Positions 1 through 9,822 are shown, numbered from the stretch's first letter. The stretch is 64,000 nucleotides of DNA from an uncultured bacterium (GCA_905215695.1 CAJMQN010000007.1:17938-81937), one strand, 5' to 3'. Made by a program: numbers and translations. The notes: generated by a model from the letters alone, not told the origin.

Positions 1-1
1 G

Positions 2-421
2 TCCAATGTCCGGGAGATGGAAGGACTTTTGTATCGGGTGACCTTCTACGCCTCTCTCCTCGGGAGCCAAAAGGTCACGTACGACGTCGCCATCGAGGCG
101 CTGAAGGATTACATGGATTCCAAAAAGGAACAGCTCACGGCGGACCGCGTGATCTCCACCGTCTGCGAATACTTCCACATCTCCAAAGAGGATATTATCT
201 CCAAAAAGAAGAACAAGGAGATCGTGGAGCCCCGCATGGTGTGCATCTACGTCATCACGGATATGCTCAACATGCCACTCGCCGCCATCGGGAACATTCT
301 CGGCGGAAGAGACCACACAACAATCATTCACGCGCGGGACAAGATTGCCGAACAGCTCAAAAACAACGACAGCATCGGCATCGCGGTCAAGGACATCAAA
401 GACATGCTTTTGCAGATATAA
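2..421 (+). CDS. dnaA: DnaA replication initiator, C-terminal DNA-binding domain (5' end off-window)
   Basis: The frame is open from the window edge. SNVREMEGLL...MVCIYVITDMLNMPLAAIGNILGGRDHTTIIHARDKIAEQL matches the DnaA domain IV signature. Confidence 0.92.
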   Translation, partial: SNVREMEGLLYRVTFYASLLGSQKVTYDVAIEALKDYMDSKKEQLTADRVISTVCEYFHISKEDIISKKKNKEIVEPRMVCIYVITDMLNMPLAAIGNILGGRDHTTIIHARDKIAEQLKNNDSIGIAVKDIKDMLLQI

Positions 422-456
422 ACAAAAGGGAGAGCGGAATCCGCTCTCCCTTTTGT
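422..456. terminator. Bidirectional hairpin terminator between the convergent dnaA and LRR genes
   Basis: Perfect 16-bp stem acaaaagggagagcgg/ccgctctcccttttgt with a 3-nt loop and A/T runs on both sides. Confidence 0.75.
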
Positions 457-1394
457 TAATCGCCTGTATAACCATATTCATAATAATTATAATCGTTATC
501 ATTCCATAGAGGATCCCATCCCGCGGGAATTTCTTCTCTCTTATAACGAATATATACGACTTGATCTCCTTTCCATCCACTAAACTGATATGCTCCCAAT
601 GAAACAACTGTTTTCGGAATAATCAGCTTTTTCAGGGAAGTACAATAGGCAAACGCAGCCTCACCTATTTTTTGAACCGTGTCGGGAATTTCAATAGAGG
701 TCAGAGAATGACATGCCATAAATACTTTTTTTTCGATTTTCTCAATTCGAGTTCCCGATGCAAATTTTACTTCTCGAAGCGCTGTACAATGTCGAAACAT
801 ATTTTCTTTCAGTTCCGTTATGCCATTAGGAATCGTAAACGAAACCAATTTTTCACAGTCTCCAAAAGCGCCTTCTCCTATTTCCGTAACGCTTTCGGGA
901 ATCTGATAGGTATCCCCCTCTTTTCCCGCAGGATAGGAGATCAGCTTTCCTTTTTTGTCAAACAGGACGCCGTCCTCGGACTTGTAGCGGGGATGAGATT
1001 CCGGAACGACTATTTTTTTTAGTTTATCTCCATTAATAAATCCTATTTCCTCGACATTGAGCGAAATTTCCACGCTCGTGGCGTTTCCGCAGGAGAAACT
1101 CCCTATGACCAAAATCGGAAGGTATTCTTTGTCCCCACGCCCTTTGTACGCGGAGGGAATAATCACTTCTCCTTCGAGCGAGGAGGGTTGAAACACACTA
1201 TAAAATTTTTTATTTTCGGAGAGAGAATAGGATATATTGCCTGTATAGAGCGTCTTTCCGCAGTGATCGCACACCCCTTCGCTGTCCACGGATAGTTTGT
1301 GACCGGAAAAATTATCGGTGTTTTGTCTGTCCCTACAGGCGACCGCCGCCGCGCAGAGAAAGAGAACACAGAGCGTACACAGCAACACAGTCAA
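456..1394 (-). CDS. BspA-type leucine-rich-repeat surface lipoprotein
   Basis: N-terminal signal with lipobox (AAAVAC). Repeated about 23-aa units (IPxxVxxIGxxAFxxCxxL) are typical of BspA-like LRR proteins. The start is TTG. Confidence 0.7.
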   Translation of the reverse strand: MTVLLCTLCVLFLCAAAVACRDRQNTDNFSGHKLSVDSEGVCDHCGKTLYTGNISYSLSENKKFYSVFQPSSLEGEVIIPSAYKGRGDKEYLPILVIGSFSCGNATSVEISLNVEEIGFINGDKLKKIVVPESHPRYKSEDGVLFDKKGKLISYPAGKEGDTYQIPESVTEIGEGAFGDCEKLVSFTIPNGITELKENMFRHCTALREVKFASGTRIEKIEKKVFMACHSLTSIEIPDTVQKIGEAAFAYCTSLKKLIIPKTVVSLGAYQFSGWKGDQVVYIRYKREEIPAGWDPLWNDNDYNYYEYGYTGD

Positions 1395-1420
1395 CTTTTC
1401 ATATTTCCCCCATTTTTTTG

Positions 1421-2524
1421 TTACCCTACGATTCTCACGGGGAGAATCAAAAAGAGAAATTCGTCCCCCTCAACGGGCTTGATGACACAGGGGGAGACCG
1501 CCGAAGTGAAGTTCATACGTACAAACTCCTCGTTCGTGTTCTTGAGCGCCTCGGAGAAATACCGCGCGTTGAAGGCAATCAAAAGGTCTTTGCCGTGCAG
1601 GGAAACCGGAATATTCTCCTTGATATTTCCGATTTCGGAATTGGAGACGAGGGTCAAAACCTTTTCCTTGACGTCGAATTTGACGAGATTGTTCTTGTCG
1701 TTCTTGGAGAGAATCGCCGCGCGCTCGAGACCGTTTTCAAACTGTTCGCGCTGTACCGTGATCTGCGAAGTGAACTCGCCCGGAATAATCTGCTCGTACC
1801 GGATAAATTCTCCCTCCAAAAGCCGGGAGATGATGGTCGTTCCGTCCACTTCTATCATGACGGAGTTCTTCTGAAGGTGTACCGTCACACTCTCTTCGGG
1901 TTCGTTTAACAGTTTCGCGATCTCGGAGAGCGTGCGGGCGGGCACGATGAGGCGCCCGTCTCCGCTCGAGGTCTCGACCTGCTTTTTGACGAGGGAGAGC
2001 CGGTATCCGTCCAACGCGACCGCCGTCATTTGCGTCTCTTTGATGTCCAAAAGCACCCCCTTTAAGATGGGGCGGGAGTCCTCCGTCGCCGCGGAAAAAA
2101 CCGTCTTCGCGATGAGATCCTTGAATTCTTTCTGCTGTAAGGAGAAATATTTGCCCGTGTCCACGCGCTCGATGAGCGGATATTCCTCCGAATTCAGGCA
2201 CTGCAAAAATCCCTCGCTGTCCATATAGCTGATTTTGAGCTGTTTTTTGTCGTTGAGGGTGATTTCCACCTGCTCCTTGTCAAGCTTGCGCACAAAATCC
2301 GCAAAATACTTTCCGGGGACGACGGCTTCGCCCTCGATACGGACGTCGGCTTTGATCTTCTTCTCGATGGAGAGCTCGAGGTCGGTCGCAAAAAAGCTCA
2401 CCGTATCCTCGCGGGCGGTAATCTTCACACCTTCTAATACGGGGTTGGTCGTTTTGATTCCCACAGCCTTGGAAACTTTTAAAATGGCGTCACAGAGGTC
2501 GAGTCCGTTGCAGACAAATTTCAT
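1421..2524 (-). CDS. dnaN: DNA polymerase III beta sliding clamp
   Basis: MKFVCNGLDLCDAILKVSKAV... and about 367 aa fit DnaN. ATG at 2524 is preceded by AAAGGAG. The ORF-track start at 2671 is an upstream extension. Confidence 0.9.
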   Translation of the reverse strand: MKFVCNGLDLCDAILKVSKAVGIKTTNPVLEGVKITAREDTVSFFATDLELSIEKKIKADVRIEGEAVVPGKYFADFVRKLDKEQVEITLNDKKQLKISYMDSEGFLQCLNSEEYPLIERVDTGKYFSLQQKEFKDLIAKTVFSAATEDSRPILKGVLLDIKETQMTAVALDGYRLSLVKKQVETSSGDGRLIVPARTLSEIAKLLNEPEESVTVHLQKNSVMIEVDGTTIISRLLEGEFIRYEQIIPGEFTSQITVQREQFENGLERAAILSKNDKNNLVKFDVKEKVLTLVSNSEIGNIKENIPVSLHGKDLLIAFNARYFSEALKNTNEEFVRMNFTSAVSPCVIKPVEGDEFLFLILPVRIVG

Positions 2525-2598
2525 GGATGGTACTCCTTTTTTCTTCGTTACAAGAGTTAGATAGTATTGATTCACATTGGATAGTATTCGTAGTAGAA

Positions 2599-2862
2599 AG
2601 GTGGACAAGTTGATAAACGGATAAATCCCTTTGAATGTCTCTATTATACTAAATTTTCGGAGAAAAATCAATGGAAAGGGGGTTCTTTTTCAAATCGGTT
2701 GGGCGTGGACAAGCCCGGCGGGAGAGCAAAAACGATTGTGGATGATGTGGATAAGGAATCAAAAAATACGAGAAAAACGAACACTTATTCACTTATGCAC
2801 AGAGTTATCCACAAATTAACCCCAAAATTGCCCACAGCGGCGTGTGGAAGGGATGTGGACAA
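2599..2862. promoter_or_regulatory. DnaA-box cluster / candidate oriC segment upstream of dnaN
   Basis: Perfect TGTGGATAA at 2746-2754 and perfect TTATCCACA at 2805-2813. One-mismatch boxes at 2737-2745, 2793-2801 and 2854-2862. Two-mismatch boxes at 2600-2608, 2704-2712 and 2843-2851. An AT-rich stretch at 2540-2690 contains GATAGTATT twice (2560-2568, 2580-2588). Confidence 0.7.
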
Positions 2863-2947
2863 GAAAAAGAGGGGCAGAAAACGGGAAGAGGGAAAAAGGC
2901 GGGGCGGGAGAGTGGACAGATGAGAGGGTTTGTGATATGATAAACGC

Positions 2948-3838
2948 ATGATAAATTTGGAGTTGTACCGTGTGTTTGTGACCGCGGCAAGGTGCGGAAG
3001 TCTCACAAAAGCGGCGGAAAAACTGTATATTTCACAGCCTGCGGTGAGCCAATCCGTCAAACTGCTCGAAAATCAGCTCGGGGAAAAGCTCTTCCGGCGC
3101 ACTGCGCGGGGCATGGAACTGACCGATTGCGGAAAGATGCTATACAAGGTGCTCGCCCGACCCCTTGAGGAACTCGAAAACGCGGAAGGGAAGTTTTCGG
3201 AATGGCGCATGAGTCCGGGAGGAACCATCCGTATCAGTTCGTCGGATACCTATACGAAGTATTTTCTCATGCGCGAGATCGAGAAATTTCATAAAAAACA
3301 CCCGGAGACGAGTTTGATCGTCCTGAACGCGACGACGAGTGAGACCTGCGAGATGGTGAAATCGGGAAGAGCGGATATCGGCATCGTAAACCTTCCCGTG
3401 AGCGACCCCGAAATCCGTATGGTTTCCACCTGCAAGAGGTTTCACGACATCTTTGTCGCGGGACCGAAGTATCTTTCCATGCGCGACCGCATGATTCCGC
3501 TCAAGGAGCTTGAAAACTTTCCGCTCGTCATGCTTGACCGGAACAGCAACACGCGGAAATCTCTCGTGACCTTTGCGCACTCTCTCGGGATACACCTGCA
3601 CCCCGAGATCGAGCTCGGGAGCATCGACCTTCTGAAGTGGTACGCAAAGGCGAATATGGGAATTGCCTGCGTGCCCGCCGAATACCTTAAGGAAGAGCTT
3701 GAAAGGGGGGAACTCTTCGAAATCCGCACCGATCCTCCCATACCCGAACGCGCCGGCGGGATTATCCGTTCCGAAAAGGGACAGCTCAATGCGCTCATGC
3801 GTGAGTTTATCGACGATATGTGTCGGGAAGAAGAATAA
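2948..3838 (+). CDS. LysR-family transcriptional regulator
   Basis: N-terminal HTH LELYRVFVTAARCGSLTKAAEKLYISQPAVSQSVKLLENQLG, 296 aa. Confidence 0.9.
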   Translation: MINLELYRVFVTAARCGSLTKAAEKLYISQPAVSQSVKLLENQLGEKLFRRTARGMELTDCGKMLYKVLARPLEELENAEGKFSEWRMSPGGTIRISSSDTYTKYFLMREIEKFHKKHPETSLIVLNATTSETCEMVKSGRADIGIVNLPVSDPEIRMVSTCKRFHDIFVAGPKYLSMRDRMIPLKELENFPLVMLDRNSNTRKSLVTFAHSLGIHLHPEIELGSIDLLKWYAKANMGIACVPAEYLKEELERGELFEIRTDPPIPERAGGIIRSEKGQLNALMREFIDDMCREEE

Positions 3839-4115
3839 AAGAAAAGTTGTGCGGGCTGTTACGTCATGGCGCGGAATTCTGCGCTCGTAAGAGAACAGTT
3901 TGTCCGGGAAGCCGAGAAAATCTTACCGGGGCGCTGGATGCCGCGGAGGGCGCCGGAATGACCATTGACAAGGTGTACGGACTTTTGGATATTTTGAAGA
4001 AGGCAGAAAATGAATGACATTTGTACGCGCGGAAATACTCTCCAAATGGTTTCCGGATTTTTCGTCTTCGGTGCGCTGCTCTTTATCGGTTCGGTCTTGG
4101 TGTCGGAGGGAATGA

Positions 4116-4535
4116 GTGAGAGAAAACTTTAGAGGTAAAAATGTCGAAGTATATGACTTTTTGAGGGAGTGCGGGGTGTTTTTTTTATCCACAACGGAGG
4201 GAGACAAACCGCAAACGAGACCCTTCGGCGCAGTGATGGAAGAGGAGGGAATTTTGTACGTCTCAACTTCCAATCGAAAGGACGTCTATGCGCAGATGAA
4301 AAAAAATCCCGAAGTGCAGATTGTTTGCTTAAAGCCGGGTACTCGGGATTGGCTTCGCGTCGAGGCGAGGGCGGAGGAGGAGAAAAGCCGGGAGAGAAAG
4401 GAGAGAATGCTTGAAACTTGTCCCGTACTAAAAAAACGATTTTCCTCTTCCGAGGACGGAAATTTTGCACTGTTTGCGCTACATGTGCGGCGCTCTCTCC
4501 TTATGACGGACGAGGGCGCAAAAGAGTTGGAATAG
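4116..4535 (+). CDS. Pyridoxamine 5'-phosphate oxidase-like FMN-binding family protein
   Basis: 139 aa with the pattern FFLSTTEGDKPQTRPFGAV...LYVSTSNRKDVYAQMKKNPEVQI typical of the PNPOx split-barrel family. GTG start, with GGAGGG 5 nt upstream. Confidence 0.6.
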   Translation: MRENFRGKNVEVYDFLRECGVFFLSTTEGDKPQTRPFGAVMEEEGILYVSTSNRKDVYAQMKKNPEVQIVCLKPGTRDWLRVEARAEEEKSRERKERMLETCPVLKKRFSSSEDGNFALFALHVRRSLLMTDEGAKELE

Positions 4536-4537
4536 AG

Positions 4538-4563
4538 AAAGAGCCGGGATTTCCCGGCTCTTT
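4538..4563. terminator. Bidirectional terminator between convergent genes
   Basis: Stem aaagagccggg/cccggctcttt with a 4-nt loop, followed by a T-run. Confidence 0.75.
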
Positions 4564-4566
4564 TGC

Positions 4567-6282
4567 TTACAACAGTTTTTGGACGGCAGTTTCGATTTCC
4601 GCCATCTGCGCGTCCGCGCGCTCTTTGTCCTCCGCGACAGAGGTCAGATAGACCTTCAGTTTGGGTTCGGTTCCGCTCGGGCGCAAGCAGACCCTGCCGC
4701 CCCCCTCGAGTTCGAAGTAGAGAATGTCCGACGCGGGAAGTCCGAGTTTTTGCTCGTTCCCCTCCGTATCCGTGCGCGTTCCGGCAAGATAGTCCCGCAC
4801 CGCCGTCACCCGAATCCCGAGTTCCTTGGGGCGGGAAGTGCGGATTTTCTGCATGAAAGCGGACATTTTGTCCTTGCCGTCCGCTCCCGCAAAGGCGAGG
4901 GAGATGACCTTGTCCTCGTAAGTGCCGTACTTTTGGTAGAGAGAGGACAGTACGTCAAAGACTGAAGTTCCCTTGTCCGCATAGTAGCAGACGAGCTCCG
5001 CCATGAGCATGGAAGCGACCACAGCGTCCTTGTCCCGCGCGTGCGTGCCCCGCAAATATCCGCAACTCTCCTCGAAACCGAACAGAAAGGTTTGGTCGCC
5101 CGTCTTTTCCCATTCCTTGATTTTTTCGCCGATGAATTTGAACCCGACGAGGGTCTCGAAGAGCGCGACGCGGAAATCCTTTGAGATGACCTTCGCCATA
5201 TCCGTTGTCACGATACTCTTGACGACCGCGCCGTTTACGGGGAGCTTTCCCTCCTCCTCGAGACGGGTGAGAATGTAGTGCATCAGAAGAATCCCGACCT
5301 GATTGCCCGTGAGCGTCACGAACACATTGTGCTTGTTGCGGAGCGCGACGCCGAGCCTGTCGCAGTCCGGATCCGTGCCGAACACCACGTCCGCGTTGAT
5401 TTCGTTCGCGAGTTTGATGCCGAGGGAGAGCGTTTCCCCGAGTTCGGGATTGGGCACTTCCACCGTGGAAAAATTCGGGTCGGGCGCGATCTGTTCCTCG
5501 ACCACCGAGGCGCGGATTCCGAGCTTTTTCAAAACATGCGTGACGGGCATATATCCCGAGCCGTGCACGGGAGTATAGACGAGCTTGATGTCTCTGCCCT
5601 TTCGCCGCACTTCGCGGGGGGAGAGGGTCAGCTTTAAAATCTGTTTGAAATACGCCTTATCTACTTTCCGACCGATGAAAGTGATAAACTCATTGGGGCG
5701 CTTGAAACGGAAATCAGCGTGTCGGGTCTTGAGCTTTAATCCGAAATCGGGGACTTTGCGGATAAATTCGACGACTTTTTGGGTGGCTTCGGGGGAGAGC
5801 TGTGCGCCGTCCTCGCCATAGACCTTGTAGCCGTTGTACTCCTTGGGATTGTGGCTTGCAGTGATCATGATTCCCATGAAACAGCCGAGATGCCGCACGG
5901 CAAAGGAGAGCATGGGCACGGGGCGCACGTTGTCGAAGAGCTTGACCGAAACCCCTTCCGTCGCGAGAATGCGGGCGGCGGCGTAGGCAAATTCCCTGCT
6001 CATTCGCCGGGTATCGTAGGAGATTGCGACTCCCCGCGCGGCGTATGCGCTTCCGAGGGAGCTTATGTAATCGGCGAGTCCCTTTGTCGCCTGCATGACC
6101 GTATAGAGGTTCATGTTTGCGGTTCCCAGCCCGATGATGCCCCGCATGCCCGCCGTGCCGAAGTCGAGGGGCGCGGAAAACCGCTCCCGGATTTCTTCGG
6201 GGGAAAGTCGCAGGAGCTCTTCCCGCTCCTCCTCGGTCTTGACATGCTCGAGCCAGTAACGGTAAGTCCTTTCTTCGTTCAT
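4567..6282 (-). CDS. Phosphoglucomutase/phosphomannomutase family (alpha-D-phosphohexomutase)
   Basis: Active-site loop TASHNPKEYNGYKVY and about 571 aa, similar in size to PgcA-type enzymes. ATG at 6282 follows AGGAG. Confidence 0.88.
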   Translation of the reverse strand: MNEERTYRYWLEHVKTEEEREELLRLSPEEIRERFSAPLDFGTAGMRGIIGLGTANMNLYTVMQATKGLADYISSLGSAYAARGVAISYDTRRMSREFAYAAARILATEGVSVKLFDNVRPVPMLSFAVRHLGCFMGIMITASHNPKEYNGYKVYGEDGAQLSPEATQKVVEFIRKVPDFGLKLKTRHADFRFKRPNEFITFIGRKVDKAYFKQILKLTLSPREVRRKGRDIKLVYTPVHGSGYMPVTHVLKKLGIRASVVEEQIAPDPNFSTVEVPNPELGETLSLGIKLANEINADVVFGTDPDCDRLGVALRNKHNVFVTLTGNQVGILLMHYILTRLEEEGKLPVNGAVVKSIVTTDMAKVISKDFRVALFETLVGFKFIGEKIKEWEKTGDQTFLFGFEESCGYLRGTHARDKDAVVASMLMAELVCYYADKGTSVFDVLSSLYQKYGTYEDKVISLAFAGADGKDKMSAFMQKIRTSRPKELGIRVTAVRDYLAGTRTDTEGNEQKLGLPASDILYFELEGGGRVCLRPSGTEPKLKVYLTSVAEDKERADAQMAEIETAVQKLL

Positions 6283-6309
6283 TGGTACACTCCTAAACAA
6301 TCGAATATT

Positions 6310-7347
6310 TTAAAACACCTTGCAGACTTTGAGAATGAGATAGAGAAGATACAGCGCGTAGATGGACAGAAGTGTCCAGCCCTGCCACTTCGCGGTTTTG
6401 CCCCGCCGCAAGACGAGGGGCAGAATGAGAATGACCACCGACGCCATGAGGCAGATACAGCCGAGCATGACGGTGGAATTCCACAGGGAACCCGAGAGCT
6501 GATACAGAATGTCCGAGCTTATGATGTCGCAAACTCCTTCCTTGCCCACGCCGATGATGCCGCAGAGACCCGCGAGAAAGGTGCCGTTGATGATGTTCGC
6601 GCCCATGACGTTGCCGAACGAGATGGCGGTCGAACCCTTTTTGATGGATTTGATGGCGGTGACGAGCTCCGGGAGACTGGTTCCGAGCGCGACCACGCTC
6701 ACGCCGAGTACCGAGGTGGAGACCCCGAGGTACTGCGAGGCGACGATTTCGATATTATCCACGAGAAATTTCGCGCCCAACCCGATTGCCGCCGCGCCCA
6801 ATACAAAGGTCAGAATCATCAGAGCCTTATTTTTCTGCCGCGCGGCGCGCTGGCGTTCGAGCACCTCTTCGCTGCTGTTCCCCGCCCTCATGACCTTGCG
6901 CGCCTCCATGATATTGAGCACCATGTAGAGGACGAAAACCGCGAGCAGGACGAGGGTTTCCCATAGGACGAGTTTGCCGTCCATGGCAAAGAAGAAGGTC
7001 AGAAGGGTGGTCAGAATGACGATCGCCATCTTCTGAATAAATTCCTTCATATGCAGGACGGTCACCGTCCCGGCGAGGATGACGCCGAGGACGAGCGCGA
7101 TGTTGCAGTACATCGAGCCGACCGAATTCGTCAGCGCGAGCCCGTAGTCCCCCGCGCCCGCGGAGATGGTCGAAACCAAAATTTCGGGCAGGGTAGTGCC
7201 CACCGAGACGATGGTCGCGCCGATCAGAACCTGCGGAATTTTGGTGATTTCCGCAAACCAGACGGCGGAATCCAGAAACAGGTCTCCGCCCTTGATAATG
7301 AGGAAAAAGCAGATGAGGATGACGGCAAGACGGATAATCAGTTCCAT
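6310..7347 (-). CDS. CaCA-family sodium/calcium exchanger membrane protein (YrbG-like)
   Basis: Two alpha-repeat motifs, GTTLPEILVS and GTSLPELVTA, in a polytopic hydrophobic protein. The internal ATG at 7347 has GGGAG upstream. Confidence 0.85.
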   Translation of the reverse strand: MELIIRLAVILICFFLIIKGGDLFLDSAVWFAEITKIPQVLIGATIVSVGTTLPEILVSTISAGAGDYGLALTNSVGSMYCNIALVLGVILAGTVTVLHMKEFIQKMAIVILTTLLTFFFAMDGKLVLWETLVLLAVFVLYMVLNIMEARKVMRAGNSSEEVLERQRAARQKNKALMILTFVLGAAAIGLGAKFLVDNIEIVASQYLGVSTSVLGVSVVALGTSLPELVTAIKSIKKGSTAISFGNVMGANIINGTFLAGLCGIIGVGKEGVCDIISSDILYQLSGSLWNSTVMLGCICLMASVVILILPLVLRRGKTAKWQGWTLLSIYALYLLYLILKVCKVF

Positions 7348-7496
7348 ATTAACTCCCATTCGGGTCGAATCACACCTAATTATAGTCAAATCGGGGGTGT
7401 TCGTCAATCCCTTTTCAAAGATTTTAACCGCTTTTGCGGGCGTTTCCGCCCAAAGAGGCAAAATTTCTCTTGAAACGCCAAAAACAGACCTGCGCT

Positions 7497-7503
7497 TTCG
7501 ACA
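7497..7503. promoter_or_regulatory. Possible Spo0A (0A) box upstream of spoIIE
   Basis: TTCGACA is the exact reverse complement of the 0A-box core TGTCGAA. It sits about 80 bp upstream of the spoIIE ATG. There is only a single copy. Confidence 0.3.
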
Positions 7504-7578
7504 AAAGCTGAAACAGGACTCCCGCGCGCGGGTGTAAAATGGAGGAACCAGAAAAATCCGTTTGATTGGGGGTGCTCC

Positions 7579-9813
7579 ATGTCCAAGCGCGCGAGAGAAA
7601 TTCTCAAGATTATTGTATGCGCAATTCTCTTTGTTTTATATCAGTTTTCTTCCGTTTACGGAAATATCGCCGCCGCGGCGCTCTGCGCCTGTCTGCTCGC
7701 GCAGGGGTTCGGACTGCCCGTTCTCCTCGTCTATGCGGCGTCCGCGCTCGCCTTCGATTTCTCGGTCTATGGGCTTGTCTGCTACGTCGTTCCCGCTCTC
7801 GGCGCGTGGCTCTGCGCCCTTCTTTTCAAGCGCAGGGGCGGAATCAAGTTTGTCTATGTGTTCGCGGCTTGGGTCTTTCTCTCCTTCTTAAAGCTCATCT
7901 ACGTGCGCGACCTCGCGGGCATCGGAACCTATTTTATAGAGCTCGCCGTCTTTGTGCTCCTTGCCCTCGTCTTTTTCGGGTGCGTGCGCTGTCTCGTCGA
8001 GCGCAGAAAAAAGCTCACGCAGGAAGAGACCGTCTCCGTCTGCGTGACCGTCCTCTATCTTCTCCTCTGTCTCGAGCCCTACGCGGTGTTCGGCGTGCCC
8101 GTCTCCCGCATTCTCGTCCTGTTTCTCCTGCCCTGCGTGCTCCTCGTGTTCGGCAGGGAGCGCGCGCTCGTCTTTTCGGTGCTCGCGGGCGCGGCGGTCT
8201 CTGTCTATACGCAGAATTCGGTCTATCTCGGCTGGTACGCCGCGGTGTGCGTGGTCGCCGCCGTCTTCTATCACACCAACGAGGTCGTGTACGGGTGCGC
8301 GGTGCTCGCGGGCGAACTTCTCCTGGACGTATTTTTCGACTATCCCGGACTGACCTACTTCCACGTCATCTTCTATGCGCTCGCAACGGCGGTGTTTTTA
8401 CTGCTCATACGCCCCTTAAAGACCCTTCGGGCAAAATTGTCGGACGAGACAAAGATGTCCAAAGTTCTCCTCAACCGCTCGCGCTCCGACCTTTCCCTGC
8501 GTCTGAAGGACGTATCCGACGTCTTTCGGGAGATGTCCGAGCTCTTCGAGGACATGGCGGGACAGGCGATTCCCGCGGAAGAAGCGAAACTCATGCTCAC
8601 GCGGGAGTGTTTCGATCGGGTCTGCCTCGCCTGCCCCAACGGGAAAAACTGCCTGCGCGAGGAGACGAGGCTGTACAATTCCATTCACGCGGCGGTGGAT
8701 CGCGCCATCGAAAAGGGCAAAATCACCCTCATCGACGTGCCCGATTTTCTCAACGCGCACTGCGTCAAACTGAACGTCGTCATGTCCCTCGTCAATCAGC
8801 TTTCGATCTCTTACCGTCAGTATCAGACCCTCTCGAAGAACCTCGACAGCGGCAAACAGCTTCTGCGCTCGCAGTTCGACGGGGTTTCGCACATCTTCGA
8901 CAGCCTCGCGGCGGAACTTCAGTGTACGGTTTCGGCGGACAATACGGGGAAGACGAGACTGCGCGAATTCTTCAGAAACAGCGGCGTGCGGTGCGCCGAG
9001 ACCCTCATCTTCTCGGACAAGAGCACCGCCTGCGCCATCGTCGAGGGGGAGAACGACCAAGCCGAGCTTGCGCAGGTCGTCTCCCGGTTCTTCGGGACAA
9101 AGTACATAGTAGATAGGTATCAGGAGGTCGCCGCGGGGAGCTTTTGCGCGTACTTCAAGCGCGCGCCCAAATTCGACGTCATCTTCGGGAGCGCGCAGGC
9201 GGCGAAGACGGGGAGCGAGAAGTCCGGGGACGTCCACACGCTTGTCAAGATTTCGGACACCAAATTTCTCATCGCGCTCTGCGACGGCATGGGTTCGGGA
9301 ACCCGTGCGGAAAAGATTTCCTCTGCGTCCATCTCCCTTGTGGAAAACCTCTACCGCGCGGGTTTCTCGAGCGAATTTATCCTAAAGACCGTCAACAAAC
9401 TTTTGATCACCTGTTTCGAGGAATGTTTTACCACCCTCGACATCGCGGTGTTCGACCTCAACGAGGCGAGGTGTGACTTCATCAAATTGGGTTCGGCGGA
9501 CAGCTACGTCAAGGGGCGGGAGTTCGCGCGGCGGGTATCCTGCTGTTCCATGCCCCTCGGCATTCTCGAAGAAATCAAGCCCGCGACGAGCACGGAGACC
9601 CTCGAGAGCGGGGACGTGGTCTTTCTCGCCTCGGACGGCGTGACGGATTCCTTTCACGACAGGGACGAGATGCTCGAATTCGTCAGTTCCATCGACTGCG
9701 CCAATCCGCAGGAGTGCGCAAAACTCCTTTTGGAACGCGCTCTATCCAACTACGGCGGCACGTCCAAGGACGATATGACCGTTCTGACCATGCGCGTGTT
9801 TTCGAGGTATTGA
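7579..9813 (+). CDS. spoIIE: Stage II sporulation protein E (membrane PP2C phosphatase)
   Basis: 744 aa. The N-terminal third is polytopic and hydrophobic. The C-terminus is PP2C-like (ALCDGMGSGTRAE...FLASDGVTD...DDMTVLTMRV). Confidence 0.9.
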   Translation: MSKRAREILKIIVCAILFVLYQFSSVYGNIAAAALCACLLAQGFGLPVLLVYAASALAFDFSVYGLVCYVVPALGAWLCALLFKRRGGIKFVYVFAAWVFLSFLKLIYVRDLAGIGTYFIELAVFVLLALVFFGCVRCLVERRKKLTQEETVSVCVTVLYLLLCLEPYAVFGVPVSRILVLFLLPCVLLVFGRERALVFSVLAGAAVSVYTQNSVYLGWYAAVCVVAAVFYHTNEVVYGCAVLAGELLLDVFFDYPGLTYFHVIFYALATAVFLLLIRPLKTLRAKLSDETKMSKVLLNRSRSDLSLRLKDVSDVFREMSELFEDMAGQAIPAEEAKLMLTRECFDRVCLACPNGKNCLREETRLYNSIHAAVDRAIEKGKITLIDVPDFLNAHCVKLNVVMSLVNQLSISYRQYQTLSKNLDSGKQLLRSQFDGVSHIFDSLAAELQCTVSADNTGKTRLREFFRNSGVRCAETLIFSDKSTACAIVEGENDQAELAQVVSRFFGTKYIVDRYQEVAAGSFCAYFKRAPKFDVIFGSAQAAKTGSEKSGDVHTLVKISDTKFLIALCDGMGSGTRAEKISSASISLVENLYRAGFSSEFILKTVNKLLITCFEECFTTLDIAVFDLNEARCDFIKLGSADSYVKGREFARRVSCCSMPLGILEEIKPATSTETLESGDVVFLASDGVTDSFHDRDEMLEFVSSIDCANPQECAKLLLERALSNYGGTSKDDMTVLTMRVFSRY

Positions 9814-9822
9814 GCAATTTCC

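Noticed and set aside
4010-4132. 40-codon ORF encoding a possible single-TM peptide (MNDICTRGNTLQMVSGFFVFGALLFIGSVLVSEGMSERKL) just upstream of, and overlapping, the PNPOx-like gene
   Set aside because: It has a hydrophobic core but no convincing RBS, is too short to evaluate by eye, and its conservation cannot be checked here. I am not reporting it as a feature.
7566-9116. 516-aa Arg-rich ORF in an alternative plus frame over spoIIE, with similar overlapping ORFs at 5779-6966, 13223-14320 and 41325-42314
   Set aside because: These are off-frame or antisense readings of well-supported genes (spoIIE, pgm/CaCA, cca, MATE). Their composition is typical of GC-rich frame artefacts.
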